A stretch of DNA of 64,000 nt from Eledone cirrhosa (GCA_964016885.1 OZ024740.1:240126001-240190000), one strand, 5' to 3'; numbered from the stretch's first letter, positions 15,551 to 28,855 are shown. Notes: generated by a model not told the origin, from the sequence alone. A program made the numbers and translations.

Positions 15551-18289
15551 TATGTATGTGTGTACGTGTGTGCTTGTGTGTATGTGTGTTTGTGTATATA
15601 TTAAAAAGTTTAATTCTTGCACAGCGGCTCCACACCTCTTTCCCCATCCTAATCGAGAGCCATTTCAACTACACTACATTGGTAACTAAATAGAATTTAG
15701 TTAAGAATTATACACTAATATGAATGTCTCCAACAAACAAAGAAAGGAAAACCGCCATTTTCTGAATGATTCATCCACAAAGAATGCAACGGATAATTTT
15801 TTCAAAGAAGCTGAATCTAACTATATGACTTTACTATAATATACAAACATACCATCAACATTTCCCAGTGTGTTAATATTCTGATGTCATTCATTCAAAA
15901 CTATGATTTTAAGTATCTGAATGGTGGGTGACATCATCTTCCTTTTTATAGCACGTAAGCTTGCAAATACTCACAAATTAATTGATCTGGTAACAAAGAT
16001 ATTAGCCTCTACAATCACACGCTATCAGATCAAAATAGCAACCAGATCTGCCTCAAGTTGCCATCTTTAAAAAGGAAGAAATCATTAGATTGTGTACACA
16101 TAGTAACTCAGGAGTGTGCAACATATTCCATTGGTGGGTCACTTTTGAACATTAGAACAACTATTAGAGCCAGTCACTGTCAAAAATATGTAGTCTAATG
16201 AAAACCACAACTTCTTCCCATAACATGGAACTGGGAAATTATAACACACATAAACCTATCAGTGAAGCCCTTTAGTATAGGTCAACTAACAGAAAATTGT
16301 ATTACGGTTACGAAATATATTAACAAGGTAAAAATTAAAAACGGTCATCGCGGGCCACTCTGACTGGTCTGGCGGATTTCATTGTGGCATGCGGGTCGCC
16401 TGTGCACGCCCCTGTAGTAACTCCTAAAATGTGATGGTTGAGCTGAATAACCTCATAAGATAAATATGTATTAAAATTAATGTTGGTCTTCCTCTCGGAG
16501 TTTCCTGCTTCGAAGGTACACGTACCGCATCAGTATATTCTTTACTTCTGTTCAATCCCAGATGAAGCCTTTTTACCTCGTATCGTCATCTTTTACTGAC
16601 TTAAGATTTCATCAAAATAATTATAAACAAAATAATATGATATTTTAAGCAAGATCACCTCAAAACATTCTGTATGTATTATGCTATTATACATAAAAAT
16701 TCTGACACGTTATGTTTACAACAGGGGGGAAATATGCTCTCGATATAATCCAAATGATATTAGCTAAGTGTGAAAGAACCAGATAGTATTGGGAACCCAC
16801 TCTAACACTGAACACATTAGGCGATAACTCTTTTAAGCTAATTCAATGAAGAAACCTCTACGGAGTAGGTCGACATGCTAGGCATCCCAGACAAATCTAT
16901 TTCATATTACACCTTACAATTTCAAAATATAAAATAGCACGTTGGATAATTCTATCCTAATACCCTTAAAAGAATGAGATCATCTTGGCCGGAATACAGT
17001 TGATTATATGTCAGCTCTATTATGACCGGCCTGTGTTTAAACTCGTATCGGATTTAGACATAAGCTATAATTTAGGGCCTCACAATCCGCTGAGACCTCA
17101 CAATAATTAAAAAACATAAGAATATGTTTAAATTTTGTGAGAAGTTCTGGTGCAGGTTTTTAACTAGGGTTATCCAAGTTTTATATATTTTAGTGTCCCA
17201 TCTTAAGGTCTCATCTTAATCCAGCACTGGGATAAATATAAAAGACAACACTTTCATTACAACATTAAGGTATGCAAATCGAAAATATATTTCTTTATTG
17301 AAAATTGAAAGAAACGCTTCCTACTCGGCGGGGAAACGATCAGCTATTATACTACTAGACATAATATTTTCTTCTAATTCTTTAGATATAAGTCAACGCT
17401 ATTGCTAATAGAATGGCTTTGAACATCTGCACAAAAGAACCTGTGAAAAGACTAGAGTTGTAACCGGCAGATAATATCGGCAATGGAAAGACAAATGGGA
17501 ACAGTTTCCTTGGTCCGATCTGAAAACCGGCACGTTTTTCGGATACACACATATTTACAAATTATTCTTGGTCGTTATTTAGCTCTAAAGACATCCTCAA
17601 TTAGAGGCATGTGAGTGGGGATCATCTCGAATTGTTGTATATCTAGGACCACATTGTCCAATGTGATTGTTTCTTTTTTTAGATAATTTGATGGGATATG
17701 AAGGATTTTGTTGTTGTTTTTAGCAGGATGAACGATTATGTAGAATTGCCTTTATTGGTTCCAACTTAGTCCTCGTTTATCTTAATTCCCTTGACTGCAC
17801 TTCATTAATTTTCTTTAGTGAATCCCTTTATAAATTCCCATGGAAGAGAATGATTTCGAAATTGGATAGATGTTACTTCAATATTTTGTTTGCTGGCAGT
17901 TATACTCAACGAAACAAATAAATAGATTCACAAAGGTTCTAATTTAGTGAAATATTTGGTCCTTTTGCATCTAGCAGTACATGACAGGTTGTAATATGTA
18001 GGCCAGTCACAGAGGTTAATTCAAGAAATGTATGGTTGCTCCATAAAAATCATGTGAAAAACGTCATGAAATCTGTTACAAAAACAAATGCTGTTAACAC
18101 AAGGTTCTGCGATACCTTCTAAATTTCATAAAGCATCGATTAGGAATTAATTTTCACAGTTACATGGTCATCTAGTTTAAAATATGTGTTTGCAATCTTG
18201 TAGTTCAAATATAAAAAAAAGATTGCCTCAAAAAGGAAATCTACATGATCGACAATTAATACTACATCCACCCAAAGAGACATGACGGC

Positions 18290-18710
18290 TGCGGTTGGAA
18301 TCCTTGTGGTCATATGTTTGTTCGATGGCAGCTGAGCTAAAGCTTAACATAAAAGATCGGAAAGTCGGCGGCCCGTCTGAGGAGGGAGCCTCGCGAGGTT
18401 GGGTGGCTGTTACAGCAGGTGTCACTGGCCATCCTCCGGGAGAATGCTTTTGCCGTCTTGTCCGCGAGGCGCAGCATCCTGCCCTCTTGCCCTAGGCCCA
18501 AAGCCCAATCACGTCCCCCCTTCATCCCTTCCCTTTCTTCTGCGACACCAGATCTCTTGCCATCCCATCCCTTTCCCGTTCTTTTTCGTCTTTCTTTCTC
18601 TCTTTTTTTATATTTCCCTATTGTTTCTTTCCTTTTGTTTCCCCTTTTTTCTTACTAAATAAGGTTTAAATTTTTGCTTTTGAATAAATTCATTTATATA
18701 ATAAAAAAAA
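18290..18710 (+). mobile_element. 3' end fragment of a CRE-clade non-LTR retrotransposon
   Basis: EPREVGWLLQQVSLAILRENAFAVLSA matches EPLELEWLFQRISLAILRGNAFSILSA of the element at 35250-37410. It has a pyrimidine-rich 3'UTR and an A-rich end, and is similar to 32580-32910. Confidence 0.75.
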
Positions 18711-19763
18711 GTATTATTGCTTATATCGATGTAAGCGTTTTGAACAAAATATGGTAAACAGCATATTTACGTAGTAATGGGTGATACATTTAATCATTCA
18801 CCCTGTTTAACACCACTGCCTTGTCCTTTAGTGCTTTCGGTGCAGAGCCCACTTTGTTACACGTATTCGGGCCAGCTCTCCTGTCTGATAAACTGAAAAC
18901 CTGATAACCTACACACTTCCCCTGTTGCAGTAACCCATACATCTTCGTTTCTTGCAAACTTTCCCTCATCAGCATTGGAAGCCTTTCAAAATGTTTCGCG
19001 GTACTACTCCGCTGCCTGAGCCATAAAAAATGTGGTAAATAGGATATTCTATGCAAAAATAATTTGCATAGAAAGCTATTTCTCCGCCGTGTGCTATTCC
19101 TAAATAATTATAAGTCTCAGTATTAGTATCAGCATGTAAATGTTTTCTCGAGATCGCCTTTCCCAGCTTTTATTCATATCTAAACGCACACCTAAACACA
19201 CACAGACATTTTCATAAACGCATACAGACATGTACATACGCATATACACATATAAATGCCATGGATATTAGTAATTTCTTATTTCTTTCATTTTTTTTAA
19301 CCCTGCTAAGTAAATATACACATATACGTATAAATAAAAAAAACATGCAGGCGTCACTCTAATCCCACGTATTTTTTTTTTTACGTCAAGTGAACGTCAC
19401 AACCATCAAATAAGTTATTTTGTTTAGACTCTGTTCAGTATCAATCGAGCAAATTTATTATCAGAGTTGTGGCCTTCCATTTGGAAATGATTTTAAAGTG
19501 ATTTGGGGTTGATAAGATTGTTATTTCTAGCGAATATCATGATCGTATTGAAGCACACTCATTGGTTCGCTATCATATAACAGTATATTATATATATACC
19601 GCTCACAAAATGCGAGCAAGAGATATTATTTAATTATCGATGACAGAATGCAACAATTTCCTCACAATTTATAGAAAGACAATTTGAGTTATCTTTCTTG
19701 GACGCATATCTTCTCAGATTTCTAGCTACCAATATCTGCCTCAGTGTTTATATGTGCGTGTAT

Positions 19764-19852
<89 letters not shown>

Positions 19853-19864
19853 TGTGAGAGAGAG

Positions 19865-20009
<145 letters not shown>

Positions 20010-20154
20010 TTTATATTAAGGGGAAATGCAATATGTTGCCTAGCAATAAACGTTAGTGTGAAAGGACTTGGTATTAAAATGAAAAATAAATTTGCGAAGT
20101 ACAAAGAAATTACTAAAGTAATATATTAGGTGTGTGTGCGTGTAAGTATGTATG

Positions 20155-20185
<31 letters not shown>

Positions 20186-20266
20186 ATACAAATATGTATG
20201 TGTGTTTGTGTAAAAGGTTAAACAGAAATAACAAAACAAACGACAGTACATGGAAGAAATATATTA

Positions 20267-20384
<118 letters not shown>

Positions 20385-20386
20385 AT

Positions 20387-20420
<34 letters not shown>

Positions 20421-20511
20421 ATACACACACACATAGGCACTTCTCTCTCTCTATCTATCTATCTATCTATCTCTTTCTTTCTCTCTCTCACTCTCTCTCT
20501 GTATATATATG

Positions 20512-20622
<111 letters not shown>

Positions 20623-21005
20623 GGAGAGAGAGAAATAAAGACAGAGCGAGAAATATGTGTGTGGGGGTGGGGGGGTGTCTGTCTGTGTCATTGGACCACG
20701 ATCGTGGTTCAAAGCCAGAGTAGATTTATGCGAAAAGTGAACCTTATGACACTCCAGTAACGTCAGCCAACTGATTTTGATAAAAAAATAAAAGATAGAT
20801 TTATGTCAAGTTGACATTTACATTTAGAAACTATATAGAAGAGAACATTTTTTATTTTTCTATTTACTTAGCAGAGTTTTAAAAGAAATGAAAGAAATAA
20901 GAAATTAGTAATATCTATAGCATTTATATTCGACACAACATATCTATATCTGTACATACTTAAATATGTATGTATGTATGTATGTATCTCGTATGTATAT
21001 ATGTA

Positions 21006-22047
21006 TGTTATCTCTTTCTCTTGATTTCGAGTATAAATTTTTGACCGACCACCTTCCTGGTGGCAAGGTTGTAAAAGAAAAGGAATTGTCATCCCTTGAA
21101 TCGCAAGAATGTTTTGCAAATTTTGAAGGTGCCAGCTATCGCAGCCATTTGTAGACTATGAATTAGGGAGCTGCGCTAAAATCCAAGTTCAGTCATACTT
21201 TGGTCCAAGCGGGTTGGTATATAACCCGTAGCTCCAATAATGATGGGTATGAAGCTAAAGATGTATCTTGGATACTGGATTTGTAAACTCCTCATCAATG
21301 GTCCGTAGATGTCCTCCTTCTCCTGTATTTTTCTGACAACGTTTACATCAAGTGGGCAGCTGATCTCCACAACAGAACACGTTTTCAATGTGTGGTCCCA
21401 AACAACAATATCATGCCGGTTGTGCTTTAATTTGGTGGCAGTTTTTATTTTCAGGTTCCACCAGTCTTCCTTAGTGCCATCTGTCTCAATATATTCTTCC
21501 TCGTTTGTTGTTAATTTTGTTTTCCGAAGTGCGTTCCAGATGGTTCTAGCTGTCCCATCGTGTCTCATGGGGAGGTAGTAGCGAGATGACATTCTTTCGC
21601 AGCTAGCAACAATGTGGCTTACATCCTCGATCTTTGTTTTACATAGCCTACATTTATTGTCAGCTGATGGCCCTCCCCTTTTGTGCAGCAGATATTTGGT
21701 AGGGAGTTCTTGTTCCTGTATTGCATGGAGATATCCCTCAAGGTGTGATGTCATAAACTTGTCGGAACTCCATACCAGGCTTTTTGAGTGGTTTATCCCC
21801 TCTATGGTCTGTGTTTTACGTCTCAAGTATCCATGCACAACCTTTTCTGTAAATTGGTCAATTTTTTCATCTTGTTTGAACATTGAATAGCATCTTCTGA
21901 TTTCTCTAGGTGTGAGATTTATATCAGGCTTTATTCCAGATCAGTGGCTATTCTAATGATATTTTTTTGTTCATGCCCATAAACCTGGGCAAGATGGTTG
22001 CCAACCTTTTTCCTCTGTTGAAGGTGTTGCTTCAGTGTTACTACAGT
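21006..22047 (-). mobile_element. 5'-truncated R4/Dong-like non-LTR element with restriction-like endonuclease, inserted in (TATG)n
   Basis: ORF 21176-21883 has AIQEQEL, a CCHC finger (CRLC...HIVASC), RHD, and a PD-(D/E)xK-type region (RHDIVVWD...VVEISCP...KEDIY). Both flanks are (tatg)n. Confidence 0.85.
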
Positions 22048-22497
22048 GTATGTATGTATGCATGTATGTATGCATGTATGTACGAATGTACGTATGTACG
22101 TATATACATATGTACGTATGTATGTACTATGTATGTACGTATGTACGTATGCATGCATATATGTATGCATGTGTCAATGTATGTATATAAGTATTTATGT
22201 ATGTATGCGTGCATGTATGTATGTGTGTATGTACGTACGTATGTATGTACGTATTTATATATGTAAGTATGTATGTACCTATGTGTGCATGAATGTATAT
22301 ATGTATGTATATATGTATGTATGTATGAAGTGTGTATGCATGCATGTATGTATGAATGCATGTATGTAAGTATGTACGTATGAACGTACGTACGTATGTA
22401 TTGATGTATGTATGCATGTATGTGTGTATGTATGCACAAATATATCAGCATACATACTTACGTTCATATATGCGCATATGTACATACGCACACACGC

Positions 22498-22589
<92 letters not shown>

Positions 22590-22794
22590 GCTATTCTCTC
22601 TATATATGTATAGATTTCTCTGCAATTGCCTAACTACCTTGAATATCAAGAATTTTCTGTGTTTACAGGAAGAAGTAAGTAATAAGTAGATTAAATAATC
22701 CATGAGTTGCGTGCAAGAATGTATGTATGTATGTTTGTATGTGTGTATTTTTGTATGTATTTTTGTATGTATGTTTGTATGTATGTATGTATGT

Positions 22795-23392
22795 ACATGG
22801 GAAAATGTTGCTGCTGATCGTAATAAATGGAGAAAGACTGTATATGGGGGAAAAGTTGCCTTTGAGGCATCTCGAATCGCATACGAGAAAGTAAAGCGGG
22901 ATGTGAGGAAGGGCATTGCTGTTGCGTTTCCAGACGGCGAAGGTCCTCCTATGGTGCTGACATGCAGCGTTTGTGCGAGACTCTGCCTAAGCAAAGCTGG
23001 ACTCGAAAGTCATCTTCGCAGTCATAAAGTAAGACCAGTGATTGACTACCAGGCTGCTGTTGGAGATGCTACTCATCATGCTTGCCAAACATGTGGTAGA
23101 GATGGTAAATCAACAGGAGGGTTCAAACGACATGCAAAAGTACATGAACTCCAACCACAGCCAGCTATTCCCAGTGAATGTTTTGGTTGCCAACTCTGTG
23201 CAAGACATTTTAGATCTTTGGATCGTGTGTGTGTGTGTATAGATATGTTTCTATGTGTGCGTGTGTGTGTATATATATATGTATATTATTATTGTTGTTG
23301 TTGTCGTTATTATTATTGTTGTTATTATTATTATGTTGTTTTTTTCTCGTGCAATGGCCATACTCGATAACGAGGGGGCAGCCATCATCATG
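22795..23392 (+). mobile_element. RTE-clade LINE 3' fragment with C-terminal C2H2 zinc fingers
   Basis: WENVAADRNKWRKTV is an RTE C-terminal motif. It is followed by CSVCARLCLSKAGLESHLRSH, CQTC..RHAKVH and CQLC. The 3' end tggccatactcgataacgagggggcagccatcatcatg runs into (tatg)n. Confidence 0.8.
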
Positions 23393-23529
23393 TCTGTCTG
23401 TATGTATGTTTGTATGTATATATGTATGTGTGTATGTATATATGTATGTGTGTATGTATATATGTATGTATACATGTATGTATATATGTATGTATGTATA
23501 TGTATGTGCGTATGTACGTATATATGTAT

Positions 23530-24330
23530 ATATGCTGCATGTGTACTGTCAGCTTTGTTGTATGCATGTGAGACATGGGTCGCCTACAAACGGTATATCC
23601 ACAGACGGGAACGGTTTCACCAGCAGTGTCTCAGAAAGATGCTCGGTATCAAGTGGCAGATGCATGTGAGTGATGTTGAGGTCCTTGAGAGAAGTGAGTG
23701 TCGGAGCATTGAGAGTATCATCCACCAATGGTGTTTGCGATGGACCGGACACCTCTGCAGAATGGAGGATGATCGGATCCCAAAATAACTCTTGTATGGC
23801 GAGATTTGTGAGGGTAAGAGACAACCTCACAAACCAAAGCTCCGATTAAAGGACTCATTGAAAAGAACTGGTTTGATGATGGCTGACTGGGAGATAGAAG
23901 CTCTTGAAAGAGAAACTTGGCGTGGAATGGTGAATGATGGGGTCCATAATTTTGAGGACAGACGCATAGAGCACGAGAAGATCAAAAGGGATGTGCGTAA
24001 GCAATGCCCTGGTGTATCTCTCGAAACGATCGGTGTCTCCATTGAATTGAAGTGCCCTGAGTGTGGAAAGATTTGTTTGAGCAAATCTGGTCTCAGGAGC
24101 CACATTTGCAGCCATGTTGAAAGAGAACCAGTGAACTATGATCTCCACGGTGTTGTGAGGGTTCACAGGCAACCTGATGCAGGACCTCAAGCCAGGGAGA
24201 TCCATAGTTGTCGTCAGTGTGTGAAGGAGTGCAAGTCTCTAGTGGGCTTGAAAAGCCATATCCGAGCATAACACATCTGAATCTGACAAGTGATTGCCAT
24301 ACTCTTGGCAGAGTTTGCAGCCATCATGTA
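23530..24330 (+). mobile_element. RTE-clade LINE 3' fragment with C-terminal C2H2 zinc fingers
   Basis: [16 protein letters not shown]...[15 protein letters not shown]...LRWTGHLCRMEDDRIPK*LLYGE...RLKDSLK...W...RETWR, then CPECGKICLSKSGLRSH and CRQC...GLKSH. The tail gcagccatcatg runs into (tatg)n. Confidence 0.9.
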
Positions 24331-24548
24331 TATATGTATGTGTGTATATGTGTATATATGTATATATGTATGTATGTATATATCTATGTGTGTATGTATG
24401 TATAAATGTATATATGTATGTATGTATATATGTATGTATACATGTTTGTATATATGCATGTATCTATATATTTATGTATGCATGTATGTATGTATGTATG
24501 TATGTATGTATGTATGCATGTATGCATGTATGTATGTATGTATGTATG

Positions 24549-24581
<33 letters not shown>

Positions 24582-24978
24582 TGGTATGTATTTACATATG
24601 CCCACCTATATATAGTTATATCTGTATTCGTGTGGGTTAATTTGTACTTTATACTTCTCTCAATTATTTCTTTATAGTGATCTCAAATACATACACACGC
24701 ACGCATAAAACACACACGTACACGCACACTTTCATATATATTTATATATATATATAAGCAAAGGTATATTTAATTTGTTGGTAATTCAACAAATATATAT
24801 ATTTATAACAGATTCGAAGCACTCGACAAGTTTTCTGGAGTGAAATATCAATGATATTAATAAATGGAAACTATATTTATAAAATCATATTTATTCTATT
24901 ATATATACCTATCCAGGTAAAACTTGAACCGTTAAGGTCTCATTCCTGGATAAGTCAATATTTATAAAACAAACTTTG

Positions 24979-25039
24979 TATTTTATCTGATGAGGGCGTA
25001 CCAAAGTTTTGGTACCCTTGAAATATATATAATAGAATA
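24979..25039 (+). ncRNA. Minimal type I hammerhead ribozyme motif (Penelope-type)
   Basis: Stem I TATTTTAT/ATAGAATA; CTGATGA 24987-24993; stem II gtaccaaa/tttggtac with an imperfect base; GAAA 25020-25023; palindromic TATATA stem III; AUA cleavage triplet. It lies within inverted repeat 24845-24907/25024-25087. Confidence 0.7.
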
Positions 25040-25081
25040 AATATGGTTTTATAAATATAGTTTCCATTTATTTAATATCAT

Positions 25082-25142
<61 letters not shown>

Positions 25143-25265
25143 GGAGGTGAGTTTTATTGTAGTACAATAAAGCAATGCAGATATCGGATAAGAAGCACTC
25201 TACAGTTTGTAGGACTGGAGTATACATAATATATAAGAACAAAAGATGGTTAAAAGAGTTCCATG

Positions 25266-25336
25266 TATTTTATTATGCGCATTTCAAAAACAAATATCAT
25301 CATGCAATAATATTTGTGTTTTCATCAGATAAAACA
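25266..25336 (-). ncRNA. Minimal type I hammerhead ribozyme motif (left palindrome arm)
   Basis: Reverse complement of the motif at 25406-25476. Confidence 0.7.
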
Positions 25337-25405
25337 GGAAGACATGATATGAAGGTTAAAAAACACTATCCACAAGTGTTTTTTAACCTTCATATTATGT
25401 CTTCC

Positions 25406-25476
25406 TGTTTTATCTGATGAAAACACAAATATTATTGCATGATGATATTTGTTTTTGAAATGCGCATAATAAAATA
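25406..25476 (+). ncRNA. Minimal type I hammerhead ribozyme motif (right palindrome arm)
   Basis: Stem I TGTTTTAT/ATAAAATA; CTGATGA 25414-25420; long stem II acaaatattatt-gcat-gatgatatttgt; GAAA 25457-25460; palindromic ATGCGCAT stem III; AUA triplet. Confidence 0.75.
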
Positions 25477-25532
25477 CATGGAACTCTTTTAACCATCTTT
25501 TGTTCTTATATATTATATATATAGAGAGAGAT

Positions 25533-25639
<107 letters not shown>

Positions 25640-25703
25640 TGTCCAAAGGCTATGATACCATCAACACTACACACACAGAGCTGGCATATCTAAGAACTGA
25701 CTA

Positions 25704-25762
25704 ACTGCCTGATGATGAGGTCATAGCCATTCAATGGCTATCATCGAAATATATATAGCAGT
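25704..25762 (+). ncRNA. Minimal type I hammerhead ribozyme motif with variant stem II
   Basis: Stem I ACTGC/GCAGT; CTGATGA 25709-25715; stem II atagccat-tca-atggctat with an irregular base; GAAA 25746-25749; TATATA-TA. It sits between (GATA)n and (TA)n. Confidence 0.65.
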
Positions 25763-25803
25763 AAATAAAGGATTATGAGTTCATGCAATTGACTTATGTT
25801 TCG

Positions 25804-25863
<60 letters not shown>

Positions 25864-25866
<3 letters not shown>

Positions 25867-26008
25867 TGAAATTCCGTTATATGGAAATTCACGGGGTATA
25901 AAAAAAAATTCGTTGTAACGAGAAATTCTTTACAACGTGATCGACCTAGCACATCGAGCGTGTGGTCGGGGATTGAAAAAAAAATTCGCTATAACGGAAT
26001 TTTACCTG
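25864..26008. mobile_element. Tc1/mariner(pogo)-type MITE
   Basis: TIRs cagtgaaattccgttata ... tataacggaattttacctg with TA on both sides. A second copy is at 62958-63130. Confidence 0.75.
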
Positions 26009-26031
26009 TATGTTTCATGTGTATAAAGAGA

Positions 26032-26127
<96 letters not shown>

Positions 26128-26786
26128 CAACAATAAGCTAGTAACAAACAAGAAAGTCACTGAAAGTTGAGAAAATGAATGATATTATTGAATATGAAAA
26201 CTTGCCTGAGGTTCAATGTTATGTTAAGTGATGCCGAAAACATTGCATTAATAGCAGAACCAAAAGCAGAACGATAGAAAACAAACTAGGTGTCAGTTTT
26301 CAATATAAATATACCATGAATGAAAAACAACAAAACAATTTGAAGAAAATATACAACCAACGGTGGTTGATGGAGCGGATATTTTATTTTATTATTATTT
26401 TCATTTTATGTTCTTTTTTATTTCACAAATACATTTTTTATTTCACATAACATTTCACAAATACATTTTTTATTTCACATAAACATAACCATCTTCACAC
26501 TGAATCATACCGGCTCAAATGAATCGTATGAGAATCAATGTAGCTGCCTGGACCTGTTGCACTCTTTTAATCACTACATGCCACGTGATGATATATGTCC
26601 TTCAGCTAGACAGTCTCATGGTAAACTGGAAAAAGGAAAAACGGATGCGTGAGCGAACCATACATAGTCGTTTGACCAACTACTTACACGCCATGGGTCC
26701 GATCGCACGGACCTGAATTGCTGGGACTGCACAACAACAACACCGACGATAACAACAACACCAACAACAACTACAAACCACAACAC

Positions 26787-26822
<36 letters not shown>

Positions 26823-27384
26823 ATAACAAGATTAGCAGCAGCAACAAGAACAACAGCAAAAACGACTGAATCACTTGAAAGTTTTATACATGGATGAGAA
26901 AATACCTCGGGGATGCCTTCTGCATACAAAATAGAAATACGGTAGTTGTTCTCATATGTAATATAGTAAATTTATAATACATCGAAGTTATCCATAAAAC
27001 TCGTGGAATAAAATTCCCATTGGGGTGTTTAAAATCTACATATTAAAAAGCAAGAAAGTTAATTCCAGTATGAAGAGTTGATCGAATTTTGTACTCAGTA
27101 GGCAAGACTATAAGGTAGAAATAGCAAGACGCTGATTCTGAATATCGAATAAGACAAAAATATGTCCATGTATTTCACCGGTTGGCTTTTAAAGAGGAGA
27201 TACACCAATCTACATTGTTCGAAAATTTCGATCGTCTGGTGTTTCTTTCATCCTTGATTGTTGTTTTTAGAATTTAAACATCTTCCTGGATGAAGCTTAA
27301 GTCTGCTAATTGTTTGGATAATCTCTGTTGACTGGAGTTTTGTTATTCTCGATATTACATGTGTAAGGCTCTACTATATTTGTC

Positions 27385-27573
27385 AATAATTGTTTCTACT
27401 ATTGGCACAAGGCCAGAAATTACCCAGTACATTACTGGTACTTTATTTTATCGACCCCGTAAGGATGAAAGGCAAAGTTAACCTCGGCGGGATTTGAACT
27501 CAGAATGGCAAGGGCCGTAACTCTATGCGTCAAAGCATGGCGTCCGACCCTCTACCGATACTGCCAATCCACC
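27385..27573 (-). mobile_element. SINE family A copy with 12-bp TSD
   Basis: Family sequence on the minus strand; tttgtcaataat at 27379 and 27574. Confidence 0.9.
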
Positions 27574-27604
27574 TTTGTCAATAATACAGTTTCATACATT
27601 GATT

Positions 27605-27787
27605 AATAATTGTTTCTACGTTAGGCACAAGGCCAGCAATTACCCAGTGTATTACTGGTACTTTATTTTATCGACCCCGTAAGGATGAAAGGCAAAGTTA
27701 ACCTTGGCAGGATTTGAACTCAGAATGGCAAGGGCCGTAACTCTATACGTCAAAGCATGGCGTCCGACCCTCTAGCAATACTGCCAA
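27605..27787 (-). mobile_element. SINE family A copy
   Basis: Near-identical to 27385-27573. Confidence 0.9.
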
Positions 27788-27865
27788 ATCTGTTCCTTTA
27801 TCTTTTACATCTTTAGTTATCATCTACCTCATTCATCTTCCATGACATATGGTGAAGGATTATTT

Positions 27866-28051
27866 GGATTGGCGGTATCGGTAGAGGGTCGGACGCCATG
27901 CTTTGACGCATAGAGTTACGGCCCTTGCCATTCTGAGTTCAAATCCCGCCGAGGTTAACTTTGCCTTTCATCCTTACGGGGTTGATAAAATAAAGTACCA
28001 GTAATACACTGGGTATTTGATGGCCTTGTGCCAAACTTAGAAACAATTATT
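27866..28051 (+). mobile_element. SINE family A copy, inverted relative to the two preceding copies
   Basis: ggattggcggtatcggtagagggtcggacgccatg...gttcaaatcccgccgagg...tagaaacaattatt. Confidence 0.9.
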
Positions 28052-28125
28052 TTCTTAACTTTGAATTTGATAAAATATCACTACGGAAAAATAAATACTA
28101 AGAAAGAAACAAAGATTAATCCGCT

Positions 28126-28174
<49 letters not shown>

Positions 28175-28210
28175 ATGTGTGTGTGTGTGTGTGTATGTGC
28201 GCGTGTGTGC

Positions 28211-28247
<37 letters not shown>

Positions 28248-28354
28248 GGTGCGTGTGTGCACGTGTGTGTGTGTGCACGTGTGTGTGTGGTTGTGTGTGT
28301 GTGTGATTATGTGTTGTGCGTGTGTCAGTGCCGTGTGTATGTGTTTTACACTGA

Positions 28355-28855
28355 GTTAGTGTAGTTAAGGCATTGGACGCATGAACATTATGTCTTTGAG
28401 TATGACACTTTATTTCATGTTGCTCCAGTCCACTGAACCGCAAAACAATACGTTGCGGCTGTAATTAAAAGCCCCGACCTTCACATGCCCCGTTACGCTA
28501 AATCTCGCGAAATTTTCGAACAATGTAGATTGGTGTATCTCCTCTTTAAAAGCCAACCTGTGAAATACACTGACATATTTTTGTCTTATTCGATATTCAG
28601 AATCAGCGTCTTGCTATTTCTACCTTATAGTCTTGCCAACTGAGTACAACATTCGATCAACTCTTCATACCGGAATTAACTTTCTTGCTTTTTAATATGT
28701 AGATTTTAAACACCCCAATGGGAATTTTATTCCACGAATTTATGGGCACACGTATCTGTGCAGTGCTCAGTCACTTCCATGTTAATTTCATGAACAAGCT
28801 GTTCTATTGATCGAACAACTGGGACACACATCGTCACAACCGAGAGAGATCCAAC
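28355..28855 (+). mobile_element. SINE family B copy interrupted by a 238-bp inverted insert
   Basis: 28355-28507 and 28746-28855 align with the 5' and 3' parts of 30305-30637. The insert 28508-28745 is the reverse complement of 26992-27230. Confidence 0.7.

Larger units (their letters stand above)
25226..25516. repeat. Near-perfect palindrome with 142-bp arms and a 7-nt loop
   Basis: 25226-25367 is the reverse complement of 25375-25516; I found one mismatch. Confidence 0.95.

Noticed and set aside
22702-23370. Host C2H2 zinc-finger gene
   Set aside because: The fingers follow an RTE C-terminal motif, and the ORF ends are microsatellite.
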